NCBI RefSeq assembly: GCF_026210795.1
Contig: NC_089433.1
Span: forward strand, 3,348,001-3,412,000
Direction of reading: 5' to 3'
DNA length: 64,000 bases
DNA from: Rhizophagus irregularis
Lineage: Eukaryota
Shown here: positions 1 through 15,000 of the stretch, piece by piece
How positions within the stretch are numbered: position 1 is the first letter of the stretch
Layout: each line of letters starts with the position of its first letter
Notes under the pieces: model-generated
Told to the model about the DNA's origin: nothing
Databases searched by the model: none
The model's input: the letters and a program-made list of their open reading frames with translations, nothing else
Position numbers and translations under genes: made by a program

Positions 1-109
1 AATGAAGTTATGAATTATGATTATCCGGAGCGGAACGACTAGGATTTTAGACCCGGTGACATTAGGTCACGTTCTCACAGTTTAATTGGTTCCGCTACTA
101 TAAGTATAC

Positions 110-1556
110 GGCCATCCTTAACCTGATCCACCGGTCCAGATGCTTATTCTGGACCAGTCAACTTTTGATTGGCTAATCAGCCCTTTTATTACATAACTCC
201 GGCATAATTTATTTTATCTCTTCCTATCTTTCACTCTTTCTCTATTCTTTTTTGTGGTATGTTAGTACTTAGTATTTCATATTTCATTTCAGTTTGTATA
301 TTTTAATTTTAATTGTATTTATTGTAGTTTTATGATAATACTAAATGTTTTTTATTTTCTTTTTGAAGAGTTTTATGATATATTGATATTATTCTGGAAA
401 TCAAGTGTTTTTTTTTTAAGTTTTGGGGTTAAGCAAAGTTGTTCAAAAAAGGTTGTAAATTACACATTTATAACAAAACTTTTAAAGCTAATATAATACT
501 ATTACTTTGTACTTTTGTTTTGATATTAACGTTAAAATAATTTTAATAATAAAATTACAGTAAAAAATAGGGTTGGATCGGTCCGGTCCAGTCCGGTCCG
601 GTCCCAAAAAGACCGGTCTTTCAACCTGGACCGGACCGGACTGGGACCGGACCGATTTAAATTTAAAGAAATGATTTTTAGACCTCTAAATTATGCTAAA
701 ACATTAAAGAACGTTGTGAAACGTTTTTTAATATGTAATTTAACAAATAAAAAACGTTTCGCAACGTTTTTTAATTATTTTAATAGAAAACGTTGCGAAA
801 ACGTTTTTTATTAATAAGTTCATAAAAAAAAACGTTTTTCGCAAACGTTTTTAATTATTTTAACAAACAACGTTGCGAAAACGTTTTTATTAAGTAATTT
901 ACGTTTTGCAACGTTTTTTATTAAGCAATTTAATAAAAAAAAACGTTTTCATACGTTTTTTTAATTATTTTATTAATAGGAAACGTTGCAAAAACGTTTT
1001 TTATTAATAATTTCACGAAAAAAAAGTTTCGCACGTTTTTTTTAATAAAAAACATTGCGAAAACGTTAAAAACTGAACTGACAATCGGTTTTGGCAAAAA
1101 CCGTGCCCTAGAAGTAGATGAGCACAAAAATTGGCTCATTTTTATTGGATATTAATAATATGGGATCGGTCCCCGGTCCGGACCGGTCCTCAGATCTCGG
1201 ACCGAAGACCGTGAAGACCGGTCCCAAGACCGACGCAGGACCGGTCTTTGCTAGGACCGATCCAACCCTAGTAAAAAATAATGTAAAGACCTTTTTTATA
1301 AAGTTATATATGCAATTTTACTTATTTATTAATAAAGTTTAATAAAATGCATACCAAAATACAAATTTCAAATAACATATTACTTTAAAACGGTAGTATT
1401 AAATGCTTTAAAAAAAGGCATTTCGTAACTTTTTTTTTAAAAAAAACGCGAATTGTTTTTTTTTTTAAGACAAATGTTACACAAAACAATCTCATCCAAT
1501 TAGATTTCCTGGTCCAGGATAAGCATCTGGACCGTGGCCCAGGATAAGGATGCTCT
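110..1556. mobile_element. Degenerate non-autonomous DNA transposon (MITE) with ~45-bp imperfect TIRs, possibly PIF/Harbinger-like; contains a nested hAT MITE
   Basis: Left catccttaacctgatccaccggtccagatgcttattctggaccag matches the reverse complement of right ctggtccaggataagcatctggaccgtggcccaggataaggatg. The right end ...ggatgctc is followed by taa. No clean TSD on the left, so the superfamily is tentative. Confidence 0.6.
568..1270. mobile_element. Non-autonomous hAT-family MITE (703 bp)
   Basis: Perfect 17-bp TIR tagggttggatcggtcc / ggaccgatccaacccta; 8-bp TSD gtaaaaaa at 560-567 and 1271-1278; subterminal ccggt repeats and internal aaaacgtt repeats. Confidence 0.92.
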
Positions 1557-1889
1557 AAGTATACATTATGGATCACATGAATTTTTATCACGTGGTTTAT
1601 CGCATAGTATTTTTATTTTATTTTATTTTAACAAGTGAATTTATATTTGGTTTTATTTATTTATTTATTTATTTTTTAGCTATTTTATAATAAAAGAAAT
1701 TTTTTAATTAAATTTATGATAAGGCAAGAAAATCAAATCGTAAATTCTCATGACTTGCATGCGTTAATTTAATTTTCCAAAATTCAAAATATATAAAACA
1801 AGAATGAATAATTAATGTAGTAATGCTATAGGTTATTTTCAAATTAAAGACTTGTCACACTAAAAATAAATTTGATTCTTTTATTCATT

Positions 1890-4800
1890 GGTATCATCTT
1901 TGATTGATAATCTGCATAAAGAATTAAGATTCAGATTAAATATTATAATGATCAAATATAATAAATTTATGACTTACTTTGTAAAATCAATAACTTCTAT
2001 GGTATTTACTGTTAATATTATCATCATATTTTGGAAGATTTTTTGTAAAAGAATTAAGTAATCGAGATTTATAAATAGCTTGTGGATGAGCTAAAGTAGT
2101 ACTTTTGAAATTTCATGATGTAAATTTTGACTATCATATTTATATGAGTCAATAAATAAACGAATAAATTTTAAAATTTCAGTTGCTTTTGGTCTATTAT
2201 CTGGATTTGAATCCCAACACTTTTTCATCAAATCAAGGTAACATTTTGGTGCTTCCAGCTCATTAATTATTTCAGGTCTAATTTTGTTGCAGATGTTTAA
2301 TACTAAAAACTCATCATGTGCACAATCGTCAAAGGGTTGTTTTCCAGTTGCCACAAAATACATAATCATACCAAAACTATAAATATCTGATGCTTGAGTA
2401 TAAGGTTTTCCTTTTAACACTTCAGGAGCTACATAAGGTATAACTCCATAAATATTATCATTGTGATCGATATTCTTAACTTCACCACATAATCCCATAT
2501 CTGAAATATGTATAATACTGTCATTCATGTAATCATTAACATTAATATCATTTAATAATATATTTCTTGTATGGAAATCACGATGAACCATTTGTTTTTG
2601 ATGAATTTTTTCAAGACCTCTAATAATATTAAATAATATAATTAATTTTCTTGACCAATTAAAATCATTATAATTTTTAATCATCCAATAATTAAAATCT
2701 CCGCCTTTTGCATAATCAAGAATCATAGTATGTTCCTTTGTATCTGGATTCTGAGATATTCCATATATTTTAAGTATTTTATTACTAAAATAATCTTTAT
2801 GATTTTCAATTGAATATACTTTAATCTATTAAAATATGAAAAAAAATTATTACATTAATAATATATTAAATTAAATTTACAGAAAATTTCATACCTCATT
2901 CAGAAATTGACTTGAAATATTTTGGGAATCATATAAAGCTTTTAAAGCAACTATTTTATTCTGACTTCTTGTATATTCATAATTATTATAATTATAAATT
3001 AATGGACCATCCTGTGTATACTTTAGCAAAACCACCTTTACCTATTTCTTTAATTTTATAAAATTGATTGTATGGTATCCATTCAAATATTATATCATAT
3101 GATTTATTTATTTTTAATTGCATTTCTTGAATTAAATTATCTATTTTTTCATTTCCACTGGTCCAGTTTGTAAAATTTTCCTTTAAATTATTGATTTGAC
3201 ATGATTCACACCATTTATAATATTGATCTGTAAAATATTTAATACATTTATCACAATATACATCTTGAAGAACTATAACATAGTTTTTTGTATCGGGATT
3301 TTGAGATATTCCATATATTTTAGGGTTATTATCTTTATGATTTCTAATTGAATATGTCCTAACCTAAATATGGATAAGTAAAATTCAGTTATATAATATT
3401 AAAAGTATTTGGATTAAATTTATGAAAGTTTTCATACCTCATTTAAAAGTTCATTAGTAATATTTTGTGAATTGTATAAACATTTTAAGTTGACTTTGCT
3501 ATTCTGCTTTTTCGTATGAAATTTATATTTATTAATATTGTAATGGATTATCCTTCCATATTGCTGAATATATTGTAGCAAATTCATCTTCCCCTAACTC
3601 TTTAATATCATAAAACTGATCATATGGGATCCATTCAAATACTATATCATATGGATTATTTATTTTTAACCTCATTTCTTGAATTAAATTATCAATCTTT
3701 TCATTTCCACTAGTCCAATTTGTAATATTTTTTTCTATATCATTTATTTGACACGATTTACACCATATACCATATTTATCTGTAAAGCATTTATCACATT
3801 TGTCACAATATACATTTTGAAGAACTAAAATATAATCTTTTATATCAGGATTCTGAGATATTCCAAATATTTTAAATTTATTGTAACTATAAAATCTTGT
3901 TGAATATCTATTAAACTATTAAAATCAAAAAAAAGAACGAAGTTATTATTTGCATATTAAATTTTAAATCAAATTTATATTCAAATTTATATTATATTTC
4001 ATACCTCAATTAGAAATTCATTATTAATATTTTGTGAGTTGTGTAAACATTTTAAATTGACTTTTTTATTCTGTTTTCTTGTATAGTCATAGTATTCCAT
4101 AATATAATTTAATGGACCATCCTTCCATATTGCTGAATATATTGTAGTAAATTCATCTTTTTCTAACTCTTTAATATTATTGAATTGATCATATGGTATC
4201 CATTCAACTATTATATCATTATAATAATTAGTTCTTAATTGAATTTTCCGAATTAAATTATCAATTTTTTCATTACCATTGTCCAATTTGTAAAATTCTT
4301 TTCTAAATCATTAATTTGACATGATTTACACCATTTATTGTTTTTATCAGTAAAATATTTACCATATTTATCACAATATATATTTTGCAGAACTAAAATA
4401 TAATCTTTTGTTTCTAGATTTTGAGATATTCCAAATAGATTTTCACCGTTAAAATATGTCTTAATCTAATTAGAATTAAATACGATAAAAAATCAATAAA
4501 TATATATATATATTTTTTTTAAGTATATATACGGTAAATTAAATAGAAGAAATTTTATACCTCAATTAAAAGTTCATTAGTAATATTTTGAGAATTATGA
4601 AAACTTTTTAAATTAACTTTTATATTCTGATTTCTTATATATTCATATTTATTTTCATCATAATTCAATGAACCATCTTTCCATATTGCCGAATATATTG
4701 TAGTAGTAAGTTCATCTTTTCCTAACTCTTTAATATCATTGAACTGATCATATGATATCCATTCAACTATAATATCATTATAATTATAAATTTCTAATTG

Positions 4801-5494
4801 CATTTCTCGAATTAAATTATCAATTTTTTCATTTCCGCTGGTCCAATTTATAAAATTATTTTCTAAATCATTTATTTGACATGATTTACACCACATATCA
4901 TATTCATCTATAAAACGGTTATTACATTTATTACAATATAAATTTTGAAGAACCAGAATATAATCTTTTGTTTCTGAATTTTGAGATATACCAAATAGGT
5001 AATCACCATTAAAACACGTATTAATCTATTAAAAATAAAAATAAGTTATATACTTATTATATTAAATTATTTAAATTAATAGTAAATAAAGAAATGTATA
5101 GTACCTCATTTAAAAATTCATTAGTAATATTTTGTGAGTTATGTAAAGATTTTAAATTGATTTTTATATTTTGATTTCTTAAATATTCATGTTTATTTCT
5201 ATCATATTTTAATATACCATCCTTCCAAATTGCTGAATATATTATAAAACATTTATCTTTTTTTATTTCTTTAATAATATTAAATTGATCATATGGTATC
5301 CATTCAATTATTATATCATAATAATAAAAAATTTTTAATTGCATTTCTTGAATTAAATTATTAATTTTTTCATTTTCACTTGTCCAATTTATAAAATTAT
5401 TTCTTAAATCATTAATTTGACATAATTTACACCATCCAGAATTTACATATTTTCCACATCTTTTACATTCATCATATTCATCATAATTTGACAT
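1890..5494 (-). pseudogene. Multi-exon TKL-type protein kinase with tandem Zn-finger/N-lobe repeats; probably pseudogenised (3' end approximate)
   Basis: Kinase motifs HRDFH, DMG, YVAPE, DIYSFG (2091-2726) and five repeated exons with CxxC..WCxxC, NWTSGNEKID, EWIPYDQF, AIWKDG. Apparent 1-nt deletion near 4280 (tggacaatggtaat), a deletion near 3015 and an early TAG at 2091 relative to the paralog at 12007. Confidence 0.8.
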
Positions 5495-6663
5495 TATTTA
5501 CCTATTTTATTATTTTTGAAAAAAAAATTATTTCAAAATTTTATTTGGAAAATAAAAATTTTTTTTTTTTGGATATCCACTAGAAGGATTGTAAAACTAT
5601 TTGAACTTATTTTTCAATCAAGATTTGCAAGCTGCATTCATTGATTAATTTTTCTAAACATTATAAAAAGGATTTGTAATAAATTTGTAATATGACTTGT
5701 GGCTAACCGCAACTGGTTAAAAATATTATGCATAAACTAATAATATTTGATTACACAATTGCTGAAAATTTACGGGTTTTACTAGTTTTCGCCCCTAGTT
5801 CCACATTGTTTCAGGCTTCCGATTGGAATTTTTTGATTTATAATCATTTGTAATCATCCGGATCCATGACTCATGACTTCTGCCGTCATTACATTCCGAG
5901 CTAATTCTACATCGGATCCAATAGCCAAAATTTACGTATAACGTGAGTCTATTGTTACACAAGCGTTAAGTGATCGTAAACGTAAAACGGTTTTCTATCT
6001 TACTGTATTAACGTATTATTTTATTAGATTATAAAGTTTTCGACTTATACGCTTATTACATTTGTTTGGTTACATTTACTAAGATGAATTTACTTTATAT
6101 TTATTTATACGATAAAGCCAATTTAATTAAAAAAAGATCTTCTTTGTTTACATATATCTCTCGTAATGTCTAGTATTGATGACGTTAGTTTATGATTAAA
6201 TAATGATGGTGTTTATATAATTTGCAGCAGTTAAAACTTAAGAATTTATATTAAGAGTGAGAAATTAATTGGTAATTTCATTAAAACGGGAATGAATATA
6301 ATTTGATTATTATTCAATATCTTTATCGTCATCATCACAAGCATGATTAATTAATTTATCATATCAGACATCATCTAATTTAATTTAATAATTTAAACTG
6401 TCTTATTTCATTTATTTATTTTCGTACAATTAATTTTTTGTTCCCAATAGACTAATAAAAAAAAAAGACAAATAAAAAAATTCTATGGCTTCAATTTTTT
6501 TTTATAAAATACAATAAGTTAAAATTTTTAAATAATCGATTTCTATAATACCTACGTAATGCAGAAAAGTTTCTTTTAAATAATAACGTTTCATTGAGAT
6601 AAAAATAATTTTATCAAATAACATAAATATAGCCGATTATATTTCGAAACACGGAAATGTAAT

Positions 6664-8660
6664 TTATAAATAATAATCCTAAAAAAAATAAATAAATAAT
6701 TTTTAATTTAGCGTAATCGTATAACGTACAGTATAACGAAAAATAAAATATACTTACGGCAAATCTTTCAGGAAATAAAGCAGGTGCGACCAAAGACCAA
6801 TAGTATAATAAAAAGCAAACCCATCCTGAGATAACTTTAACCCAAACAATTGTATGACTTCGACCAATAACGACTAATTTCTCATTGCCTGTCATTGTAA
6901 AAGTGTTCCTAAAAAAAAAAGTGGTTATTATATAACTTTCTTAAAAAAGAAAAAAAAAAATATTTAAAATAATAGCGTCAACTTACCAGTCTGTTAATAA
7001 CATAGCAACATACATGGCAGCAATTGCAAATATAAAATGGAAAAATGTATAATTATAATTAACATCATAGTCTTCATCATCCATGGGATAATCCGCTTCT
7101 TCGTCCAAGGCTGATGGAGGAAGAATTCTAATAAAAATAACAAAATAATTTTAAGATATCAAAAAATCACGCTAATAAAAAAAAATTAATCGATTAATTT
7201 ATTTACTCTTTTTGAACGGAATCCATGGTTATTTGAGAATAATTTTTTGATATTGGTAGTGATGGTTCATCTTTGGGTTCGTTACTCGTCAAAGGAATCA
7301 TATCGGAAACATCATCATTGTTGACACGGCGATATTTATAATCCTTAGTGGAAGAACTATTTGTTAATAATAATCTTCCTTGACTCGCAGCTCTTGAAGT
7401 TGAATAAGCAATGGCGATAAAGGTGAATAAAGCCCCAATAATAATTGATGTTTTACGTGTTTTATGTGAAGATAATGGATTACACATATCATGTGCTGCA
7501 ACTTTTTCACCATTAGTTTCAGTTTTAGGTTCATTTGCCACTGCACTTAATATTAAATAAGCACAATAAATTACTACCATCGATGCTTGTGGTAACCCTG
7601 AACGAGGATTTCCTTCTTGAATTTTTGGATGTATACATAGTAAAGTTCCAATGACACATAATATGGAATTCAATGTAACAAAAAATTGATTAAGTGAACA
7701 TCCTGATTTGGCAAAAAATACGTATACTATTGATGTCATCGCAATCGCACCAGCGAACATCAAAAGTGTTGACCCAACAAGAATTACCTTCCATTTATTA
7801 TCTTTAGATTGATCATCTTTGTCCATACATTTTTCACTCCATGTATGTGCAAAATCTACCAAGAGAATTAAACCGACAAGAATAAATAATGCAGCTCCGA
7901 CTAACGCAATATAATTTCCCCAGGCCATAAAAAATTCATTTGGAATAAAGAATGAACCGATTATAAAGCCTATCCATAATAATATTTTAGGTCCCCACCA
8001 TCTACATAAAGGATGATAAGTAATATATTTGTTAAGAAACGAATATGATTTCTAACCAACACTTACCCATTTTGAATTGTTGACCTAGGATTACGAATAT
8101 CTTTAACTCCAATAACTAAAATTCCCAAGATAAAATGTAATAATGAAAGCGCAAAACAAACTCGATGAACCTAAATCAATACAGCACATGAGCGTTATTT
8201 AAAATAAAATTTTGAATTTAAAAAGAAAATTTTGATCAAATTGATTTTACCGTTAAAACTCCAAAACAACTTCCTTCTGGACAATTTAAGTGTAAGTTAT
8301 TATGTGTTTTTTTTTCAAGTTTTTTAACAACCCAATCAGACATCATTACCCATGCAAGCTATCATTATTATAAAATTAATAACGTTATCAGAAGTAATGT
8401 ATAATATATATATATATATGATGAAATATTACTTACAATTGAATTCAATAAAAGGATTATCTAAATTTTATGATATTATGTTAAATATATTCTTAATAAT
8501 AATAATAATAAGTATATTTTAAGCTTGTTGTTTTACGTACTGCATAAACAATTCTTGTCGCTATAGAATTGCTGCAATGGTATGACCTAAAACCAAGGTT
8601 ACATGCAGCGGCTGAAAAGAATGATGAAATCCATGCAATTGCTCCAGTTTCTAAAACCAT
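6664..8660 (-). CDS. TMS1: Serine incorporator (SERINC/TMS1) family multi-pass membrane protein, multi-exon
   Basis: Motifs LILLVDFAHTWSE, PKIQEGNPRSGLPQAS, YNYTFFHFIFAIAAMYVAMLLT, WVKVISGW..LLYYWSLVAP; GT-AG introns; ATG at 8660; short last exon 6678-6664 ending TAA. Confidence 0.92.
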
Positions 8661-10629
8661 TTTTTGAAGAAAAAAAAAACGACCTAATTTTTTTTTTCAG
8701 GAATATTATGAAGAAAAAAAAAAAGAGTCTTATGTGGCGCAGTAATATATTTATTTGTTTAAGATAATCGAAGACCGACAGGTTTTATAAAATTCTCAAT
8801 GATTGATTTCATTTATTTTAAAGAAAAAGTATGTAGTGCTCAAAAGAAATAGCAGAAATAAATAAATCACAGCCTTAAAATGTTAATATTTCACCCTGAT
8901 TATTTCTTTAAATGTTTATCATGTGAGAATGAATTTTTAATTCAAAACTTTATGTTGAAAATGATCCATATTAGGATTAACTATCATTTTTTTTAAAAAA
9001 AAAGTTTAATGCGGGAAAAAGTTTTATATGATTCGGATTAACTTGATAAAGAAATAATATCTCACGATAGTAATTCCGATTTCCGGTGGTTACTCATAAG
9101 GAAGGATTTACAAGGTCCCATCCATAATTTTTGTAATCTCTTATTATGCATGCAAGAACGCCCTTATTTATGATCATTGTAACACTGCATTTTTTTATTT
9201 TCTTTGTTGTTTAACGATAATTTCGATTGGATTGAATTTTTAATTTTTAATTATTATAATTGCCGATCCCCTCATAACGAAGGATATTCTGCAAGATAAT
9301 AATTTTGTGGATCTTTGATTAGAAAAAATAAAACAATGTAACATTGATTCGGAAAATAATACCACTTTTTTAGTAGTTTACATGTTTCTTACGTGTAATG
9401 ACTTACTTATACAGCAATTCTCTATATAATACAATCCTTGGACATATATTTTTCATGGAAAAGAATTAACTAGTTCAGTTTATACAGTATATTATATTTA
9501 GTGTAGTTAGTGAGTAACTGAGAATATTATAAAATGTTAAAATATTTTCAGATTTATTTTAATTAAAAACTTTTCAACTAACTCTTGAAGAAAACGTTCA
9601 AGCGGAAAACATGACCTTGTCTTCACTTCGTTTTTTTTCTTAAGAATGAGAATATTCAAATTATACTTAATAATGGTGTATGGGTAACGTGATACATTGA
9701 TATTCAATCTTATTTTATTTTTCAGTATTATTCGTCAATGTAAACATGAGATATTGGCCCTGATTTTTATGTAAAAACGTGCAAGAAATTTTAATATATA
9801 AATCGAAAAATAATGTTTTCTGTCTTTGAATTATTTTTTTAATTAAACAAAAGTGTATTAAAGACATTATCTATAAAGTATATTTTGATACAGTAACTTG
9901 TAATTTTGTTTATTTTTTAAATTGTTTCGTTAATATATTATTCATCCGTCTATCTACAATTTATGAATATGAAATAGTAAAGAACTTGCTGATAACATTT
10001 CTCTAATGCTTCTCAAAATAAAAGAGAGAATTATCCTTCGTCTACCTTCTGTTGACTATTCATAATTATAATGGAGTTATTCAATTGTTATGATCAATCA
10101 AGGAAATGTCATGCCTAATATTTGTGCATATTGGAATTAATATTTAATTTTTATTTTTAATTTACAAAGAACAATTAATGAATATTTGATTTTATGATAA
10201 CAGGAAAAATCTTGTAGAATGTTAACAGGAAATTATATTAACTGCGTTACGATACAGGTAAATGTACTAGTCAATGTACTATATATTAAATTAAAATAAT
10301 AAATAAAACATTCTTTTCCTAATCTTAAACATAAATCTAACAGTCAGCGCTCTGAAGTAATAGGCTTGGATACGAGATGATATAACATGTGATTCCGGTT
10401 CAAAAACTGATTTACTGAGAATCTTAACCGATTAATTAATCTATTACAGTATTGAAAAAAAATAAATTTTTTTTTACCATAAATTGTATCAGTTTGTTTT
10501 GCTCATAACCGGTTTATTGTCTTTAAATCAGCTAATTAATCAATCAATGTTAATCAGTTCCAATCTCTAAAATACATAGGACATTTTAATTAAATTTTTA
10601 CTTATATTATGCATGTTACTCTTAATCAC

Positions 10630-11315
10630 TAGGTTTGGATGAGAGAAGGTGGAAGTTTAATTGAAGGAGGAAGGGTGAAACGAGTTTTGCGGTAAAAGGG
10701 CGGGAAAACTCGAAGTGATTAAGGTAATTTGGTGTTTTTTTCTTTGGTTTTTTCTTGGGTTGTTTAGCGCAGTCATTTTGGTGCATATGTTAAATGTCCC
10801 TTTAAAGAGGTAAAAGGCAAGAAGATCTTAAGCACAGGTATCAATCAAATTTATTGCCTTGAAATAAACATTGGGAGTGATACAAGTGGCCGACCAGTGC
10901 TTCGTCCACGCTCATTAAGATAATTGACGGGTTGATGGGTAGGTTTCATTGGGTATAGTATGGAGGGGATTAATCTGTCTCGATAAATTGTACTAAGTTT
11001 TAGTGTAGCAATATTGTTAGGGCTTTCTGGTAATCTTGCTTTTCCCTAGTACGGTTTAAGTAGTTGTTAAAAATTTTTTTTTTTATATTGTTAAATTCGC
11101 CTAGCGTTCTGCGAGCAACAAGTGAACGGTATCCGGGGGGTAATGATCATGACGATGTGCTCGGGGCTTTATCTCCAATGGGCATGACGGAATACTTAAA
11201 GTTTCTGTAATATAGTCAGTCCCTGTGAAGTTCCGGATAGTACTGAGTGACGGTAGTGCTTTTTTTATAAATTATATATTGTAAATATCTTATTTGAATA
11301 AAGGCAAAAAAAAAA
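10630..11315 (+). mobile_element. Possible 5'-truncated retroposon remnant
   Basis: GC-richer segment in AT-rich DNA ending aataaaggc plus A10; no convincing TSD or recognisable ORF. Confidence 0.3.
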
Positions 11316-12006
11316 TGGTATACTCAATTACTTGTGTAACTATAAGCTTTTGTCGCTGTCACACTGATCACGTTTAGATTTCTAATTAAATTATGTAATA
11401 CCTTCTCGAATGTTAACTAATTTATGTGTAACAAACAAATCAAAATAAGTCTATCCGTTTATTATATTCATCTCTTATATCACGGAATTTATCGCATTTT
11501 CCGTGAATGGATCCGTGAAAGGCTCATTTTTACGATAAAATTTTTTATAGGGTTACACTTAAAAAAAAATGGCGTTATATCTCTTATATGAAAATTATAT
11601 AATTTTAATGAAACGTTAATTATAATTTTATTAAAACTTTTGATAAAATACAAATTAATATTTATTCTTGTAAAATTAACCTGAATATGAGAGATTTAAA
11701 TTAAACAACTTTAAAACCTTTTATCAACTTTAAAAGTTGATATAGTATCAAGTAATTTTGAACTGATTTTTTTTTTGTATAAATGCCCGATGTACACATT
11801 GATTATAAGTTAAATAAAATTAATAGTCACGCCAGTGTCACGATGATGATTGATGCAACAATATTTAAATGTTACACAACGTATGAAACGAATAAGGCCA
11901 TAAAGGGCTTGTGGCACAATGTATGAAACCTTGTTGACGTTCTGAAATTTTCATTTTTGTAAACGTTGAAAAATTTTAAAATAGTATAAACCATATTATT
12001 TTGACT

Positions 12007-15000
12007 ATGATATGTGAAAGATGTGGTAAATATTTACCTTTTGAATGGTGCAAATCATGTCAGATAAATAACCTAAAAAATGATTTTGCAAATTGGACCA
12101 GTGGAAATGAAAAAATTGACAATTTAATTCAAGAAATGCAATTAAAAATTTTTAATCAATATGATTACATAATCGAATGGATATCATATGATCAGTTTAA
12201 TGATATTAAAGAGTTGGATAAAGATGAATGTTTTACAATTTATTCAGCAATATGGAAAGATGGTCCATTAGAATATGACAAAAATAAATATGATTATTCA
12301 AGGAACCAGGATACAAGAATCAATTTAAAATGTTTACACAACTCTCAAAATATTACTGATGAATTTCAAAATGAGGTATGAATTATTCTATTTAATTTAA
12401 ATACTTTAAATATAGTTATTGGATGGGATAAAAATATCGGTCACAGTTTTTATATAAAAGTATAATTTTTTAGATAATTAATGTGTATAACCAATATTTT
12501 TATCCCACACTTTTTACTGGTAAAAATAACGGTACATCAAGATCGGCATGATTCTAATATGCTGCATAATAATAAAATTATAAATATAATAATAAATTTC
12601 TTTATTTTGATAGGTTAAGACTTGTGATGGTCTATATGGTTTATCGCAAAATTCAAACACAAAAGATTATATTTTAGTTCTTCGAAATAAATATTGTAAT
12701 AAATGTGGCGAATGTTTTATAAATAAACTAAATTTATGGTGTAAATCATGTCAGATAAATGATTTAGAAAAAAATTTTATAAATTGGACTAGCGGAAATG
12801 AAAAAATTGATAATTCAATTCAGGAAATGCAATTAGAAAGATTAGAAATCGATTATTATCATGATGCTATAGTTGAATGGATACCATATGATCAGTTTAA
12901 TGATATTAAAGAGTTAGGAAAAGAAGAATTTGCTACAATATATTCAGCAATATGGAAGGATGGTCCATTAAAATATGATGAAAATAAATATGAATATATA
13001 AGACAGAGTACAAAAGTCAATTTAAAATTATATAACTCACATAATATTACCAGTGAATTTCTGAATAAGGTATGAATGTCTTTAATTTAATTTATAAATT
13101 ATTTTATAATAAAATTTTATGTTTCAATAGGTTAAGGCACATTTTGAGAATAACCACTTATATGGAATATCTCAAAATCCAGATAAGGATTATATTATAA
13201 TTCTTCAAGATATGTATTGTGATAAATGTGTTAGTAAATGTTTAGATACATATTATAAATGGTGCAAACCGTGCCAGATAAATAATCTAAAAAATAATTT
13301 TACAAACTGGACTAGTGGAAATGAAAAAATTGATAATTTAATTCAGGAAATGCAATTAGAAATTATTAACACTAGTGATAATACGATTGAATGGATAACA
13401 TATAATCAGTTCAATTATATTAAAGAATTAGGAAAAGATGAATTTTCTACAATGTATTCAGCAATATGGAAGGATGGTCCATTGAAATATGACAAAAAGG
13501 AACATGAATATTCAAGAAAACAGAAGACAAAAGTCAATTTAAAATTATATAACTCTCAAAATATTACTGATGAATTTCTAAATGAGGTATGCATTTATTT
13601 CATCAATATTTCACTATATATAAATATTTAGCAAAGTGTAATGATAATAATTTTTTTATATTTTAATAGGTTAAAACATATTTTAATGGGAAGTATTTAC
13701 ATGGAATATCTCAAAATACAGAAACAAAAGATTATATTTTAGTTCTTGAAGATGTATATTGTGATAAGTGTAATAAGAAATTTACAATTGAACATTATAA
13801 ATGGTGTAAACCATGTCAAATTAATGATTTAGAAAAAAATTGGACCAGTGGAAATGAAAAAATTGATAATTTAATTCAGGAAAAGCAATTAAAAATAAGT
13901 GTATCACATGATATTATAGTTGAATGGATACCATATAATCGGTTTAATAATATTAAAGAGTTAGGAAAAGATGAATTTGTTACAATATATTCAGCAATAT
14001 GGAACGATGGTCCATTGATTCATAATGATGATGAATACCAATATGCAAGAAAAAAGAGTATAAAAGTCAATTTAAAATTATATAATTCGCAAAATATTAC
14101 TACTGATAAATTTCTGAATGAGGTATAAATTTTCTTTTTAAATTATACTTGAATATTAATACTTTAATATAATAATAATAACCTTCTTTAATTAATAGGT
14201 TAATAGTATTGAACATGAAATATATGGTATATCTCAAAATTCTAATACAAGAGATTATATTATAGTTTTTCCAAATAAATATTATTGTGAAAAATGTAAA
14301 AGATTTGCAGATAATCTCTATAAATGGTGCAAACTATGTCAAATTAATGATTTATCAAGAAAAAGTTCTATGAACTGGACCAGTGAATATGAAATAATTA
14401 ATAATTTAATTCAGGAAATGCATTCGAAAATTAATTCTTTTAATGACATAGTATTTGAATGGGTACCATATAATCAGTTTACCAATATTAAAGAAATAGG
14501 TGAAGGTGGTTTTGCTAAAGTATATTTAGCAATATGGAAGGATGGCCCATTACAATATAATACAATAAATCATAAATATACGAGAAATCAAGATAAAAAA
14601 GTTGCATTAAAATGTTTATATAATTCCCAACATATCATCACAAGTGAATTTCTTAATGAGGTACGGATTTATCTGTAAATTTAATTTAGTTATATATTTT
14701 TAATAATTACTTTCTTTTATATTTTAATAGGTTAAATCATATTCAATTGAAAATCAAACTGGAATACTTAAAATATATGGAATATCTCAAAATCCAGATA
14801 CAAAGGAATACATTATAGTTCTTGACTATGCAAAAGGCGGAAATTTAAATAATTTGATAAACAAATATTATGGAAACCTTAGCTGGTCCAGCAAAATATT
14901 AATGCTGTTTCATATTATTATAGGTCTTAAAGAAATTCATCAAAAAAAGATGGTTCACCGTGATTTTCATACAGGAAATATATTAGCAAATAGTGCAATT

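Noticed and set aside
930..1591. Short ORFs within the MITEs, and in repeat arrays at 16854-17153, 24669-25120 and 30153-31267
   Set aside because: They arise from repetitive non-coding sequence and show no protein features.
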